From an uncultured Verrucomicrobiae bacterium (GTDB lineage: Bacteria; Verrucomicrobiota; Verrucomicrobiia; Chthoniobacterales; JAFAMB01), in NCBI GenBank assembly GCA_963762565.1, contig CAVXLD010000010.1, forward strand, positions 160,001-224,000: a stretch of DNA of 64,000 bases, read 5' to 3'. Shown piece after piece: positions 19,512 through 30,603 of the stretch. Each line of letters starts with the position of its first letter. Position 1 is the first letter of the stretch. The notes under the pieces were generated by a model, which was not told the DNA's origin, ran no database searches, and saw nothing but the letters and a program-made list of their open reading frames with translations. Position numbers and translations under genes: made by a program.

Positions 19512-20189
19512 TCAATTCCGGCGGCTCAGCAAAAAGTAGTACAGCAGATAACTTAACGACGTAATGAAAGCAGCCACGTAGGTAAACGCGGCTGCATCGA
19601 GAACACCGTTAACCGCTTGGGTCTCTTGCGGCGATCGCATCAAACCCATCTCGGCCAGGACTCGTTTTGCCCTAGCGGAGGCGTCAAATTCAACCGGCAA
19701 TGTGATTAGGTTGAAAAGCATTATGATCGCCCAAGCGAAACAAAGAAGCATAAACATCGGCGCCAAAAGGTGGGTAAACCACCCCACCATTGGCAAGATC
19801 CACACAGCCTGACTGGCGAATCCTACCAGGTTGACCGAGGCCATTCTCCAGTTCAAAGGAGCGTACGCTTGCTGATGTTGCAGCGCGTGACCGCACTCGT
19901 GGGCAGCAACTCCCATCGCGGCGGCGGACCTGCCTTCAAAGTTCCCCGGAGATAAGACCAGACGGTGATTTAAGGGGTCATAATGGTCCGTCAGCAAATT
20001 GGCTGATTCAACAATCTCGACATCTCCGATACCGGCCCGTTGGAGAATGCGCGCGGCTACTTCGGCTCCACTCAGTCCCGAAGAATTCGGCACTTGGCTG
20101 TATTTGCTATAGGCGGATTTAACGCGCCAGACAGCCCACAGAGACAGGGCCATTGTCCCAAAAAACGCCCAAAGACCAAAAGGATTCAT
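19512..20189 (-). CDS. Putative neutral zinc metallopeptidase (YugP-like membrane protein)
   Basis: LTDHYDP, VAAHECGHALQ (HExxH), TLPVEFDAS, AAAFTYVA; start set at MNPFG because the upstream extension is repeat DNA. Confidence 0.88.
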   Translation of the reverse strand: MNPFGLWAFFGTMALSLWAVWRVKSAYSKYSQVPNSSGLSGAEVAARILQRAGIGDVEIVESANLLTDHYDPLNHRLVLSPGNFEGRSAAAMGVAAHECGHALQHQQAYAPLNWRMASVNLVGFASQAVWILPMVGWFTHLLAPMFMLLCFAWAIIMLFNLITLPVEFDASARAKRVLAEMGLMRSPQETQAVNGVLDAAAFTYVAAFITSLSYLLYYFLLSRRN

Positions 20190-20270
20190 TTTATAGATAA
20201 AAGACGAACCCAAAGATACGCTCTGGAACAAAAACGGCAACCGGGCCGCCCCTCGCCTGAGGCTCGGCGC

Positions 20271-20555
20271 GCCTGGAGGGGAGCCGCTTCGGTACGTGCC
20301 GGGTGATCCTCGCACATTCGCCTCACAACGTGCCAGTCTGAGCCACAAGACAGCAGGCGGCTCCCGGGAATTGCCCTGCGCGTTGCAGATCGATTCGGTG
20401 TGTAGGAAATTGACCTCGCAAGACACCTTGGGCACGGCATCGCCGTGGGTGACTCCCGGGAGCCGCCCGTTGCGACATTTTTTGTTCGGATTGAGAGCTG
20501 GAACAAAGGTCGCGAGGTCGCCGGGCACACATACCAAAGCGGCTCCCCTCCAGGC
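20271..20555. repeat. Nested palindromic element, GGAG family copy 1
   Basis: Outer GCCTGGAGGGGAGCCGCTT / AAGCGGCTCCCCTCCAGGC; inner GGCGGCTCCCGGGA / TCCCGGGAGCCGCC. Confidence 0.85.
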
Positions 20556-20641
20556 AATCATCCCTAAGGCGAGCTCCGACACGGCATGGGAGCTGCTTTA
20601 TCGGAGCTTGATCTTTGTCGCCTCCCTGGAAATCATATCGC

Positions 20642-22081
20642 ATGGGCAAACTGTTTGACGGTTACGACCCAAATCCGTTCTTCGACGAGATGTTCATGTC
20701 GCCGGCGCAGGTCCGCCCCCATTACCAGCGCCTCTTCGAGCGATACAGTGATCTGACCGTGGGTGAGTTCGACCGCAAAAGGTTAGTGGCCGACAATTCG
20801 TTTCTGACCCAAGGCATCACTTTCACCGTCTATAATGACACCGAGGGGACCGAGCGAATCTTTCCTTTTGATTTGGTGCCGCGGATAATTCCGCTGAACG
20901 AGTGGCTCCATATCGAGGCCGGACTCACGCAACGGATCGCGGCGTTGAACTTGTTCCTTCGGGACATCTATCACGAACAGAGGATCCTGAAGGATGGAGT
21001 GATTCCTGCCGAAATCGTCCATAGCGCCGTCCACTTCCGCCCGGAATTCATGGGATTTAAGGTTCCAAAAGATATCTACATCCATATCTGTGGGACTGAC
21101 CTCGTTCGCGACCGGGACGGCAATTATTTAGTGCTGGAGGACAATGGCCGCTGTCCGTCTGGCGTTTCTTATCTTCTGGAGAACCGGCAAACCATGAAAC
21201 GGGTATTTCCGAATCTCTTTTCGCGTTATTCAGTACAGCCAGTTGATCGGTACTGTGAGGAACTGCTGAACCTGTTGCGGTTCGTGGCTCCCGGCGGAAA
21301 TCCCGAACCGACCGTGGTACTCCTCACTCCCGGGATCCACAACTCTGCTTACTTCGAGCATTCGTTTCTAGCTAGGTCGATGGGCATCGAGATCGTAGTC
21401 GGAGCTGACCTCGTGGTGCAGGCCGGCTATTTGATGATGAAGACCACGAAAGGTCTGAAAAGGGTGGACGTAGTCTATCGGCGAATCGACGACGACTTTC
21501 TGGACCCGCAGGTTTTTCGAAAAGACTCACTACTAGGGGTTCCCGGCCTGGTTGAAGTCTATCAGCACGGCAACGTGAGTTTAGCGAATTCCATCGGCAC
21601 CGGTGTGGCGGATGATAAGGTGACTTACCATTTCGTTCCTAAAATGATCCGGTATTATCTCGACCAGGACCCGATCTTATCGAATGTCCCTACCTACCTC
21701 TCGATGTTCGATGATGACCGCAAGTATATACTCGAACACCTCCCGGAACTGGTGGTAAAATCGGCTAACGAAAGCGGCGGCTACGGAATGTTGATCGGCC
21801 CTCACGCTACCCGCGAGGAAATCGAGAAATTTCGAGACCTGATCACCAATAACCCCCGTAACTATATTGCGCAGCCGGTGGTTCAGCTGTCCCGGTCTCC
21901 TTCTTTTGTCAGTGGTCGCTTCGAAGGACGGCACATCGATTTACGGCCGTACATTCTGTTCGGAGAAAAGACGACAATCATTCCGGGAGGCCTGACGAGA
22001 GTCGCTCTGCGAAAGGATTCATTGGTCGTTAATTCGTCGCAAGGCGGTGGCAGTAAGGATACCTGGGTTCTTAGTGAGTAA
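20642..22081 (+). CDS. Circularly permuted type 2 ATP-grasp protein
   Basis: [63 protein letters not shown]. Confidence 0.92.
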   Translation: MGKLFDGYDPNPFFDEMFMSPAQVRPHYQRLFERYSDLTVGEFDRKRLVADNSFLTQGITFTVYNDTEGTERIFPFDLVPRIIPLNEWLHIEAGLTQRIAALNLFLRDIYHEQRILKDGVIPAEIVHSAVHFRPEFMGFKVPKDIYIHICGTDLVRDRDGNYLVLEDNGRCPSGVSYLLENRQTMKRVFPNLFSRYSVQPVDRYCEELLNLLRFVAPGGNPEPTVVLLTPGIHNSAYFEHSFLARSMGIEIVVGADLVVQAGYLMMKTTKGLKRVDVVYRRIDDDFLDPQVFRKDSLLGVPGLVEVYQHGNVSLANSIGTGVADDKVTYHFVPKMIRYYLDQDPILSNVPTYLSMFDDDRKYILEHLPELVVKSANESGGYGMLIGPHATREEIEKFRDLITNNPRNYIAQPVVQLSRSPSFVSGRFEGRHIDLRPYILFGEKTTIIPGGLTRVALRKDSLVVNSSQGGGSKDTWVLSE

Positions 22082-22129
22082 ACGTTGAAAAAAAACAATC
22101 ACACGTTTTAGATTGGGTTCGCGCCAAAG

Positions 22130-23101
22130 ATGCTTTCCCGAGTTGCCGACACCCTCTATTGGCTGAGCCGTTATATCGAACGGGCGGAGAACAATGCCCG
22201 AATGCTGGACGTAAACCTCCAGTTAACGCTGGATGCTACCATTCTAAACCATCGTTACACCCAGCAGCATTGGGAGTCGATTATCTACTCACTAGAAGAT
22301 ACGAAACTGTTTCAGGAGCTCTATCCGGGCATCAGCGGTGAGACAGTGGTCGATTTCGTCTCATTTGAGCGCAAGAACCCCAATTCCATTTATTCCTGTT
22401 TGTGCTCGGCAAGAGAGAATGCCAGAAGCGTGCGCGAGCTGATCTCGTCCGAGATGTTCGAGCAGTTGAATCGGATGTACTTGGATTTCCGGTCTGGGGA
22501 AGCGGAACGACTCTTTCGTTCCAGCAGTTATCAATTCTTCAAATGGGCGCTTCAAGGCTGCCATCTCTTCCAGGGGATCGCCGACGCCACCATGGCGCAT
22601 GATGAAGGTTGGAAATTTCTTCAGCTCGGAAAGTTTCTGGAACGAGCGGACCGGACCTCCAGAATCCTCGACATTAAATATCATATCCTGCTTCCTAAAG
22701 AAGAGCAGGTCGGTGGCACGATTGATAGTGTACAGTGGTTCGCCGTTCTTAATTCGTGCAGTGGCGCCGAGGCGTATCGGCGACAATTCCAGGGGCAGGT
22801 CGCACCCTGGAAAGTCGCGGAATTCTTGATTAAAGATGCTTCTTTTCCGCGTTCGATCCGCTTCTGTGTCGATTCTCTCGACCATTCCTTGCATCAGATC
22901 ACCGGGGTCGATCGAGGCGATTTCCTTTACAAAGTCGAAGCGGAACGGCTCTCGGGTAAACTCCTGGCCGATCTATCCTTCGTGACCATGGACGATGTAT
23001 TCAGGATCGGGCTCCATGAATACTTAGACGGAATCCAGCTGAGATTGGGTGAGATCAGCAAGACAATCTACAAAGAATTTTGCGAATGGCTGGATAGCTA
23101 A
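22130..23101 (+). CDS. Alpha-E domain protein (DUF403)
   Basis: MLSRVA..LYW..RYIERAE, ARENAR, LERAD, FPRSI; downstream of the ATP-grasp gene. Confidence 0.92.
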   Translation: MLSRVADTLYWLSRYIERAENNARMLDVNLQLTLDATILNHRYTQQHWESIIYSLEDTKLFQELYPGISGETVVDFVSFERKNPNSIYSCLCSARENARSVRELISSEMFEQLNRMYLDFRSGEAERLFRSSSYQFFKWALQGCHLFQGIADATMAHDEGWKFLQLGKFLERADRTSRILDIKYHILLPKEEQVGGTIDSVQWFAVLNSCSGAEAYRRQFQGQVAPWKVAEFLIKDASFPRSIRFCVDSLDHSLHQITGVDRGDFLYKVEAERLSGKLLADLSFVTMDDVFRIGLHEYLDGIQLRLGEISKTIYKEFCEWLDS

Positions 23102-23190
23102 GGCAGGCGCCTTAGCTATCCAGCCATTCGTAAAATTCTAGTAGCCAAAGTGGGTGCGAGAGGCGTACGCCTCTCGCACCCATTTTGGCT
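23074..23190. repeat. Two tandem hairpins between convergent alpha-E and cysNC
   Basis: 31-bp arms at 23074-23104 / 23109-23139 (30/31) include the last alpha-E codons; a 48-nt palindrome at 23143-23190 abuts the cysNC stop. Confidence 0.85.
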
Positions 23191-25139
23191 TAGTCGACGC
23201 GCAAGCGAGGGAGAAGAAATTCCAGGAGCCGATCGAGACAAGCCTCGGCGCTCTCCTCTCCTGTCTCCAGCACGAGCTCCGGATTCTCCGGGGCCTCATA
23301 CGGAGCATCGAGCCCGGTAAAGCCTTTGATTTCGCCGGCCCGCGCTTTTCGATAGAGGTGTTTTGGGTCTCGTTTTTCGCAGACTTCCAGCGGAGCTGAG
23401 ACGTGAACTTCCACAAACTCGACTCCACTACTCGAAACGATCTCACGAGCTCGCACCCGGTCGAGGCGATAGGGCGAGATAAAGGACGTTACTGTAATGA
23501 CGCCCGCGTCCGCCATTAGCTTGGACACCTCTGCTACTCTGCGAATGTTCTCCACGCGATCTTCAGGGGAGAATGAAAGATTCGCATTAAGCCCATGCCT
23601 CATGTTATCGCCGTCCAGAACGTAGGCTTGCATCTGGCGTTCGAACAGCTCCTTCTCCAGAGCACGCGCTAATGTCGATTTACCTGATCCGGATAACCCG
23701 GTCATCCAAACGACGATTCCCGGATGTCCATTTCTCTCGACGCGATCCTGATATCTGACTTGGCTCTCCGACCAAGTAATGTTTGAGCTCTTGACGTGCT
23801 TATGGACGAGATAGACTCCGCCGAAAAGAACTCCACCCCCAGCGACGTCGTTGCCGTCCACCAGCACGAATCTGCCGCTGGTTTGAAGCCGGTCATAGTT
23901 GTCCATCACTAATGGACCCCGGCTTTGGATCGTCACTTCGGCGACCTCGTTCTTCTCAACCGTCCGTCGGATGGCCGCAGACGCCTCCAATGTGCTAGCG
24001 TCGATTACCCGATCAATCGACGCTAGTTGACACTCTACCTCCTGAGTAAGCAGCTTAATCTTATACTTCTTCGCAAGGTTAAGCGGGCGGTCGCCCATCC
24101 AGAAAACGCGCGCCCGAAACCGATTGGTCTCGATCGGCATTTGGTCGATATGGATGCCGACAGAGCCGCGTTCAACGAAGATTTGTTCCTCAAGAGTGAT
24201 CCCAATCGATTCCCCGGCCGAGGCGGTGCTCCGCTCAGGCGCGTTCCAAACTTCGATCGAAGCCACAATGGACTCCTTGTTTGTCGGTGCGAACACAAGT
24301 GTGTCGCCGACCCTCAGTGTCCCTGATTCAATGCGCCCCGCTAAGATCCTTCTGTGGTCAAACCGGTAGACATCTTGAACTGCAAACCGGAGAGGCAGAT
24401 CCGCGGGAGGCGCCGGCTGCTCCAAATCATCGAGCGTTTGAATTAGAGTAGGCCCATCGAACCAGCTCGTCTTGGAATCGCGGCTCACCATATTGACCCC
24501 GTCCCGGGCAGCAATTGGCAGAAACAGTAACGGCTGGACGTTTAACTGGCGGAGGAAGTCTCGGTAGTCAGCCTCAATCTGCGTAAATACCGCCTGGTCG
24601 AAGTTCACCAAGTCCATCTTGTTGACCACCACGACCACTTGACGGATCCCTAGCAAGCTCAAGAGGTATGCATGCCGCCGGCTTTGCTCTTGAATGCCCT
24701 CATGGGCGTCAATCAACAGAATAGCAGCGTCCGCTGACGCTGCGCCGCTCACCATGTTCTTCAGAAATTCTTTATGCCCGGGCGCATCAATAATGACGTA
24801 GTTGCGTCTCCGCGTTTTGAACCAGATCTGGGACACATCGATGGTGATGTTTTGATCCCGTTCCGCTTGGAGCGCATCCATGAGAAATGCCCACTCGAAC
24901 TGCATCCCTCGTCGGCGGCAGACGGTCTGTATCTGCTCGAATTTGCCCTCGGGCAGGGAGCCAGTCTCATACAACAGACGCCCAACCAACGTCGATTTTC
25001 CGTGATCGACATGGCCAACGATAACCACTCTTAAAGGTCGTTGGTCAGATGATAAGAAAGCCTCGTCAAGCGAGTCAGCTATAGGAAGTCTCTCGGTAGC
25101 GGCCTCTACCTCTGCGTTCGCCGTCACATTTGTTCGCAA
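23190..25139 (-). CDS. cysNC: Bifunctional sulfate adenylyltransferase subunit 1 / APS kinase
   Basis: [14 protein letters not shown] and NKMD GTPase motifs; C-terminal [17 protein letters not shown]; start uncertain. Confidence 0.93.
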   Translation of the reverse strand: MRTNVTANAEVEAATERLPIADSLDEAFLSSDQRPLRVVIVGHVDHGKSTLVGRLLYETGSLPEGKFEQIQTVCRRRGMQFEWAFLMDALQAERDQNITIDVSQIWFKTRRRNYVIIDAPGHKEFLKNMVSGAASADAAILLIDAHEGIQEQSRRHAYLLSLLGIRQVVVVVNKMDLVNFDQAVFTQIEADYRDFLRQLNVQPLLFLPIAARDGVNMVSRDSKTSWFDGPTLIQTLDDLEQPAPPADLPLRFAVQDVYRFDHRRILAGRIESGTLRVGDTLVFAPTNKESIVASIEVWNAPERSTASAGESIGITLEEQIFVERGSVGIHIDQMPIETNRFRARVFWMGDRPLNLAKKYKIKLLTQEVECQLASIDRVIDASTLEASAAIRRTVEKNEVAEVTIQSRGPLVMDNYDRLQTSGRFVLVDGNDVAGGGVLFGGVYLVHKHVKSSNITWSESQVRYQDRVERNGHPGIVVWMTGLSGSGKSTLARALEKELFERQMQAYVLDGDNMRHGLNANLSFSPEDRVENIRRVAEVSKLMADAGVITVTSFISPYRLDRVRAREIVSSSGVEFVEVHVSAPLEVCEKRDPKHLYRKARAGEIKGFTGLDAPYEAPENPELVLETGEESAEACLDRLLEFLLPRLRVD

Positions 25140-25202
25140 GCGTTTTTTCTCCCTGTTTCTTTCTGTTCTGATACACCCTAATTGCCACCCGTTTCCCTAG
25201 TA

Positions 25203-26027
25203 TCACATGTAACCACTCGCGCGCAGGCGTTCGAAGGCGTCCTCCGACTCCTGGTCCTGAGCGCGTGTGCTTCTTTCTGATACCTTCGTTTCCCTTAGTT
25301 CCTCAATGATTTCCGCCACCGTAGTTGCTTGCGAGGGGACTGGCTTGGTGCATGGGGCACAGCCAAGGCTACGATAACGAAATCCATCTTTGGCAAAGTA
25401 TAAGTCAACGATCGGGATCTTTTCACGTTCGATATACTCCCAAACATTTAGCTCGGTCCAGTGCAGAAGTGGATGTATCCGAATATGAGTGCCCGGGTCA
25501 AAATCCGTCTTAAATTGGTCCCACAGCTCCGGCGGCTGGTCCTTGAAATTCCACTCGAAGTTTTTGTCGCGAGGCGAAAAATATCGCTCTTTAGCCCGAG
25601 TCCCTTCCTCATCTCGCCGGATTCCGACTATGACCGCCTGATAATCCTTCTCTTCGATGACTTGTTGCAGGGCATCCTTCTTTAACGCCCCACAACATTC
25701 GACACGCGTAAGCGCCCCGTTGGGGAAAGTCTTGCCCGAGGCTAGCACGGCTTTGTTTTGGCCGACGACCAGGTCAATATTCCACTCGCGGACTTTCTGA
25801 TCCCTAAACTGGATCATTTCGGGGATCTTGTAGCTAGTATCAACGTGAACGCACGGCATGGGCACGTGGCCAAAGAACGCTTTGCGAGCGAGCCACAGCA
25901 GGACCGAAGAGTCCTTTCCGATGCTCCAGAGCATCGCCAGCCGCTTAAACTTCCGATGTCCCTCCCGTAAAATGTATACGCTCTGGTTTTCCAGGGCGTC
26001 TAAATGTCGGAACTTTTCCCTTGTCAT
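25203..26027 (-). CDS. cysD: Sulfate adenylyltransferase subunit 2
   Basis: SIGKDS, RRDEE..RAKER.FS, RSLGC; ATGA overlap with cysH. Confidence 0.95.
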   Translation of the reverse strand: MTREKFRHLDALENQSVYILREGHRKFKRLAMLWSIGKDSSVLLWLARKAFFGHVPMPCVHVDTSYKIPEMIQFRDQKVREWNIDLVVGQNKAVLASGKTFPNGALTRVECCGALKKDALQQVIEEKDYQAVIVGIRRDEEGTRAKERYFSPRDKNFEWNFKDQPPELWDQFKTDFDPGTHIRIHPLLHWTELNVWEYIEREKIPIVDLYFAKDGFRYRSLGCAPCTKPVPSQATTVAEIIEELRETKVSERSTRAQDQESEDAFERLRASGYM

Positions 26028-26758
26028 ATGTTCTCTCCCAGGAATGTGTGGATGCCGCATTCCGTCTTGTCAAACCCTGTCCAACGCCCCGCTCGCTCAT
26101 CATTACCACTAATCACCGCGCGGGTGCAAGGATAGCAGCCGATGCTACGGAACCCTCTATCTTTGAGCGGGTTATATGGAATACCGTTACGCCGGATATA
26201 ATCCCAGACCTGCTCCGAGCTCCACGTCGCCAGAGGATTGACCTTTACAATCTGTTTGCCTCGTAATCGATCAAATTCGTAAATTTCGAGCGTCTGGGTC
26301 TTTGCTCGAGTGCTGGATTGCTCCCTTCTAACGCCAGTGATCCAGGCATCTAAGGTCGCAAGTTTCTTTTGCAAAGGGAACACTTTTCTTAGCGTACAAC
26401 AAAGATCTGGGTTCTTATCCCATAAATTGGAACCGTATTCCGCTCCCTGCTCGCTTATGCTCATTTCTGGAGTCAGAGTCTCGATCTCAATTCCGAAAAA
26501 TTGTTCCAGCCGAAGTTTGAGGGCGTGAGTTTCTTGAAAAAGAAGTCCGGTGTCAATAGTGAACACGGGAATCGACAAACCGAGGGAGACGGCGTGATGA
26601 ATCGCGACCAAGCCCGCCCCTTGAAAACTGGTTCCAAACGCGATTCGGGAGCCAAACGCTTGGGCTGCCCACTGGAGCACCTGACCCGGAGACGCCGTTT
26701 CAAAGTCTCGGGAGAGGGCTTTAATCTCTTCTACTGATAAAACGACGGCTTCGGTCAT
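26024..26758 (-). CDS. cysH: (P)APS reductase, Fe-S (CC...CxxC) type
   Basis: [28 protein letters not shown]. Confidence 0.93.
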   Translation of the reverse strand: MTEAVVLSVEEIKALSRDFETASPGQVLQWAAQAFGSRIAFGTSFQGAGLVAIHHAVSLGLSIPVFTIDTGLLFQETHALKLRLEQFFGIEIETLTPEMSISEQGAEYGSNLWDKNPDLCCTLRKVFPLQKKLATLDAWITGVRREQSSTRAKTQTLEIYEFDRLRGKQIVKVNPLATWSSEQVWDYIRRNGIPYNPLKDRGFRSIGCYPCTRAVISGNDERAGRWTGFDKTECGIHTFLGENI

Positions 26759-26867
26759 CTGATAATGTCTATATGTCTATAGACATTTAGCAACTTCTAC
26801 CTTGGCCCGAACTCTGGCTGGCTCCCGAATCGATTTCGCCACCCCACGCTCTCGCCGGATGGTCCGG

Positions 26868-27267
26868 TATCGTCCTCGTCGTCGTCCTCGTTCTCGAAAA
26901 GCGTGGTGCCGCCGATGCGTTGGTCCAAACGCCCAGCGCCCCGGAGGGGAGCCGCTTTGGCGCGTGTTTTTACGCCCTCGCGCAATTTGTTCCAACGCTT
27001 GATCCGACCAGGAAATGTCGTAACAGGCGGCTCCCGGGAATAACCCAGGGCGACGATTTGCCCTTCGCTCCGATCCGCGACACCGGGCCGTGGGAAACCG
27101 CTGGATTGTTCCCGGGAGCCGCCTGTTCTTACACCGTTTAGGCCTTGTCAGTGCTAGGACGAAATTCGAAGGGTCGCCTGCTATATGCCAAAGCGGCTCC
27201 CCTCCAGGCGCTGGGAACAAAAATGCCTTCTAGACAGGCCACGGCCTGTCGAGAACGACGAGAACGA
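26868..27267. repeat. Nested palindromic element, GGAG family copy 2, with (TCGTCC/TCGTTC)n outer layer
   Basis: Core 26932-27215 carries the same outer and inner repeats as copy 1; flanks are CGTCCTCGTCGTCGTCCTCGTTCTCG and CGAGAACGACGAGAACGA. Confidence 0.85.
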
Positions 27268-27275
27268 AAGCGGCC

Positions 27276-29285
27276 TTAGCCGATGGCGACCCCTACCCCC
27301 AACAGGCTCTTCACCACCTGTACGACATGGTCCGTCGTGATCCCGAGCTCCTTCATCACGGTGCCGCCAGGAGCGCTTAATCCGAATCGGTCGATGCCGA
27401 TCGGCTTGCCATCGAGTCCGATGTATTTGTACCAGAATTCGGTAACACCGGCTTCGATCGAGACTCGCTTCCGACAAGCCGAAGGTAAAACTTCTTCCCG
27501 GTAAGTGCCGTCTTGGCGGTCAAACCGCTCCAGGCAAGGAGCCGAAACGACTCTTATTCCACCGCCAAGCTGTTTGGCCGCAGCCACGGCGTGTTGCACC
27601 TCAGAGCCGGTCGCAATAATAATCGCCTCCAAAGGACCGGTTTCCCGATGGAGAATATAGGCGCCTTTGAGCGCCCCATTTCGCCTCACTTCCACCGGCG
27701 CCTCTGAAAAGTTAGGCAGAGTTTGCCGGGTAAGCGCGAGAAGCGTCGGCCCATCGGTTCTTTCCAATGCAGCTACGAACGCTCCGGCGGTTTCCTCCGG
27801 ATCAGCGGGACGAATCACATCGAGGTTCGGCAGCAGCCGAAGTGCGCTCACCGTCTCGATCGGCTCATGGGTAGGCCCATCTTCACCGACCCCGACGGAA
27901 TCGTGGGTAAAAATGTACAATACCGGCAATTTCGCCAATGCCGCCAAACGAATGGACGCCCGGCAATAATCGGCAAACACCAAAAATGTAGCGCCCGACG
28001 GCCGGAACAACCCATAGTAGGCGATCCCGTTGAGGATCGCGCACATCCCGTGTTCCCGTATACCGAAGCGAATGTTTCTACCGGAACGGTTGTCGGCGTT
28101 AAAATCTTTATCCGATTGGATGTAGTTCAGGGTAGACCCGTACAAGTCAGCGCTTCCCCCGATCAGCAACGGCAGCGCCTTGGCCAGCGGTTGCAACACT
28201 TCACTGCCAGCTTTTCGCGTGGCAATCTTTGCCTCCTTATCGAAAACCGGAATCTGGTTCAGAAGATCACTGGGTATTCGGTGTTTCAACCCGTCATCCA
28301 AGAGTTTAGCCAATTCGGGATTAGCTTTTTTCCAGGAAGCGAAAGTATCTTGCCAGGCGTCGTAAACCTTCTTCAGCTCTGCCCTATGGTCGGCGAAATA
28401 GGCTTGGACTTCCTTGGAAACATAGAATTTCTCGTCCGGTAGCCCCAAGGCTTTGCGGTCGGCGTCGATGAACTTCACGCCCGCTTCGCCATGGGCCTTG
28501 TTCGTTCCTGCCACCTCCGGGATGCCTTTGCCGATTAACGTATGGGCTACGATAAATTGCGGCCGGCCGGTCTTAGCCGATTTGGCCTTCTCGAAGGCGG
28601 CTAAAAACTCTTCCATGTTATTGCCGTCGACCTCGTAAACGTCGTATCCGTAGGCCTGAAAACGCAGCGCCGTGTTCTCGCTCTGGCTCATCACAGCCAT
28701 GGCGTCGAGCGTCACCAAATTGGAATCATAGATCAGGATCAGATTATCTAGCTTGTAGTGACCCGCGAAGGCAGCGGCTTCAGCAGCGACCCCTTCCTGC
28801 AAACAGCCGTCTCCGGCCAGACAGACGATCTTATGATCAAAAATGGTATGATCGGCCGTATTGAAACGCGCTTCTGCCATTTTGGCGGACACTGCCATTC
28901 CGACGGAATTCCCTACTCCTTGGCCGAGCGGGCCTGTGGTAGCCTCAACACCAGGGGTTTCCCCAAACTCGGGATGGCCCGGCGTTTTGCTGTGCAGTTG
29001 CCTGAAATTGCGAATATCATCCAGCGAAACCGCGTAGCCGGCCAGATGTAACCATCCATACAAAAACATGCTGCCGTGGCCGGCCGAGAGAACAAATCGG
29101 TCGCGATTGATCCAGTGGGGATCTGCAGGGTAATACCGTAACTCATGCCCAAACAGCACTGCTCCAATTTCCGCGTCGCCCAATGGCAGGCCGAGGTGGC
29201 CGGAGTTGGCTGCCTGAACAGCATCCATTGCTAATCCGCGTGCCTCGAGCGCGGCTCGAGCGAGTATTTCTGTATTCAGTGCCAT
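27276..29285 (-). CDS. tkt: Transketolase
   Basis: [38 protein letters not shown]. Confidence 0.97.
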   Translation of the reverse strand: MALNTEILARAALEARGLAMDAVQAANSGHLGLPLGDAEIGAVLFGHELRYYPADPHWINRDRFVLSAGHGSMFLYGWLHLAGYAVSLDDIRNFRQLHSKTPGHPEFGETPGVEATTGPLGQGVGNSVGMAVSAKMAEARFNTADHTIFDHKIVCLAGDGCLQEGVAAEAAAFAGHYKLDNLILIYDSNLVTLDAMAVMSQSENTALRFQAYGYDVYEVDGNNMEEFLAAFEKAKSAKTGRPQFIVAHTLIGKGIPEVAGTNKAHGEAGVKFIDADRKALGLPDEKFYVSKEVQAYFADHRAELKKVYDAWQDTFASWKKANPELAKLLDDGLKHRIPSDLLNQIPVFDKEAKIATRKAGSEVLQPLAKALPLLIGGSADLYGSTLNYIQSDKDFNADNRSGRNIRFGIREHGMCAILNGIAYYGLFRPSGATFLVFADYCRASIRLAALAKLPVLYIFTHDSVGVGEDGPTHEPIETVSALRLLPNLDVIRPADPEETAGAFVAALERTDGPTLLALTRQTLPNFSEAPVEVRRNGALKGAYILHRETGPLEAIIIATGSEVQHAVAAAKQLGGGIRVVSAPCLERFDRQDGTYREEVLPSACRKRVSIEAGVTEFWYKYIGLDGKPIGIDRFGLSAPGGTVMKELGITTDHVVQVVKSLLGVGVAIG

Positions 29286-29530
29286 AGACTCTTTCTTCTC
29301 TTTCGCTCTCTCTAAACACGGTTCCGCTCAGCCGCAAACGGTAGTTGAAAAAACATTCGAAAATTAGCGTGCGCAGCCGACCAATCCGGCAGGCCCATCG
29401 CCGGGAGGGATCGTGTCCTCGTCCCGCGCCCGCGGAATCGCGACCGAACGCCGGGTGGAGGTCCGGCCCGCTAAGCCTACACGCCATATTGCATTCGCAA
29501 AAGATGCAGGCTACGTAGTCCCTCTTTTTT

Positions 29531-30409
29531 ATGTGTGCTCAGCGGCTTCGTATCGGCTTACCCTCAGGCAGTCTGCAAGAGGCTACCCTCGAGCTTTTCG
29601 CCAAAGCCGGGTTTTGGATCTCATCGGCTAAGCGCTCGTATAAACCCAATGTCGATGACCCTGAGCTGGACATTCGGTTGCTGCGCGCTCAGGAGATCAG
29701 CCGTTACGTGGAGCGAGGCTTCCTCGATTGCGGTATTACCGGTAAAGACTGGATAGCCGAGAACGGATCCGAAGTGGTCGTAATGGCGGATCTACCTTAC
29801 AGCAAAGCGAGCTCTACTCCGGCACGCTGGGTTCTGGTCGTTCCGGAACAGTCATCTTTTCGGTCGGTTGCGGACCTGGAAGGAAAGAGGATTGCAACTG
29901 AAGCCGTTGGACTGACGAAGCGATTTTTGGCCGCAAGAGGGGTTTCGGCTACGGTCGAGTTCAGTTGGGGTGCTACAGAAGTAAAAGTTCCCGAATTAGT
30001 TGATGCGATTGTGGACATCACCGAAACGGGGGCGTCATTGCAGGCTAACAACCTTAGAATTATCGAGACAGTGGTTGAATCGTTTCCCCAACTCATTGGA
30101 AACATCACCGCGATGAAAGACAGTTGGAAGCGCTCAAAGGTAGGACGTCTTCGAGTTCTGCTCGAGGGAGCTTTGAACGCGCGAAACAAAGTCGGGTTAA
30201 AGATGAACTTAGAAGCCGCAAAGCTGCCCGACCTTCTATCGCGACTTCCCTCTCTCCGGAACCCGACCGTTTCTTCCCTAAGTCAACCGGGATGGGTAGC
30301 CATCGAGACGGTGATCGACGAAAAAGTGGTCCGCGAAATAATCCCAGAGCTAAAGCAACTCGGTGCTGAGGGAATCATTGAGTATCCGTTGAACAAAGTA
30401 GTTTATTAG
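29531..30409 (+). CDS. hisG: ATP phosphoribosyltransferase (long form)
   Basis: [22 protein letters not shown]-terminal regulatory domain (PTVS, GAEGI). Confidence 0.93.
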   Translation: MCAQRLRIGLPSGSLQEATLELFAKAGFWISSAKRSYKPNVDDPELDIRLLRAQEISRYVERGFLDCGITGKDWIAENGSEVVVMADLPYSKASSTPARWVLVVPEQSSFRSVADLEGKRIATEAVGLTKRFLAARGVSATVEFSWGATEVKVPELVDAIVDITETGASLQANNLRIIETVVESFPQLIGNITAMKDSWKRSKVGRLRVLLEGALNARNKVGLKMNLEAAKLPDLLSRLPSLRNPTVSSLSQPGWVAIETVIDEKVVREIIPELKQLGAEGIIEYPLNKVVY

Positions 30410-30481
30410 GCTTAATTGCGGGCTCAACTTGTGCGGCAACCGGTTCCGCCTATAACCTAACCGGCTCAGTTTCTATCTGAT

Positions 30482-30586
30482 ATGGGTTCATTAAAGAAAA
30501 GACGAAAAGCAAAAATCGCGAAACATAAGCGACGGAAGCGAATGAAGGAAAATCGCCATAAGAAGCGTTTGCGATACAAGTCCTAA
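30482..30586 (+). CDS. 34-aa basic protein, bS22 / AURKAIP1-COX24-like ribosomal protein
   Basis: MGSLKKRRKAKIAKHKRRKRMKENRHKKRLRYKS*, translated by hand; resembles actinobacterial bS22 (MGS..KKRRK...H.K). Confidence 0.8.
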   Translation: MGSLKKRRKAKIAKHKRRKRMKENRHKKRLRYKS

Positions 30587-30603
30587 GCTTTAGGTTAGTC
30601 TTC

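Noticed and set aside
20186..20658. ORFs and N-terminal extensions with GGEPL / KAAPLQ / GSPPG motifs (also 26777-27220, 32400-33181, 46357-46563)
   Set aside because: They are translations of the palindromic repeat family; the shared peptides derive from the DNA repeat
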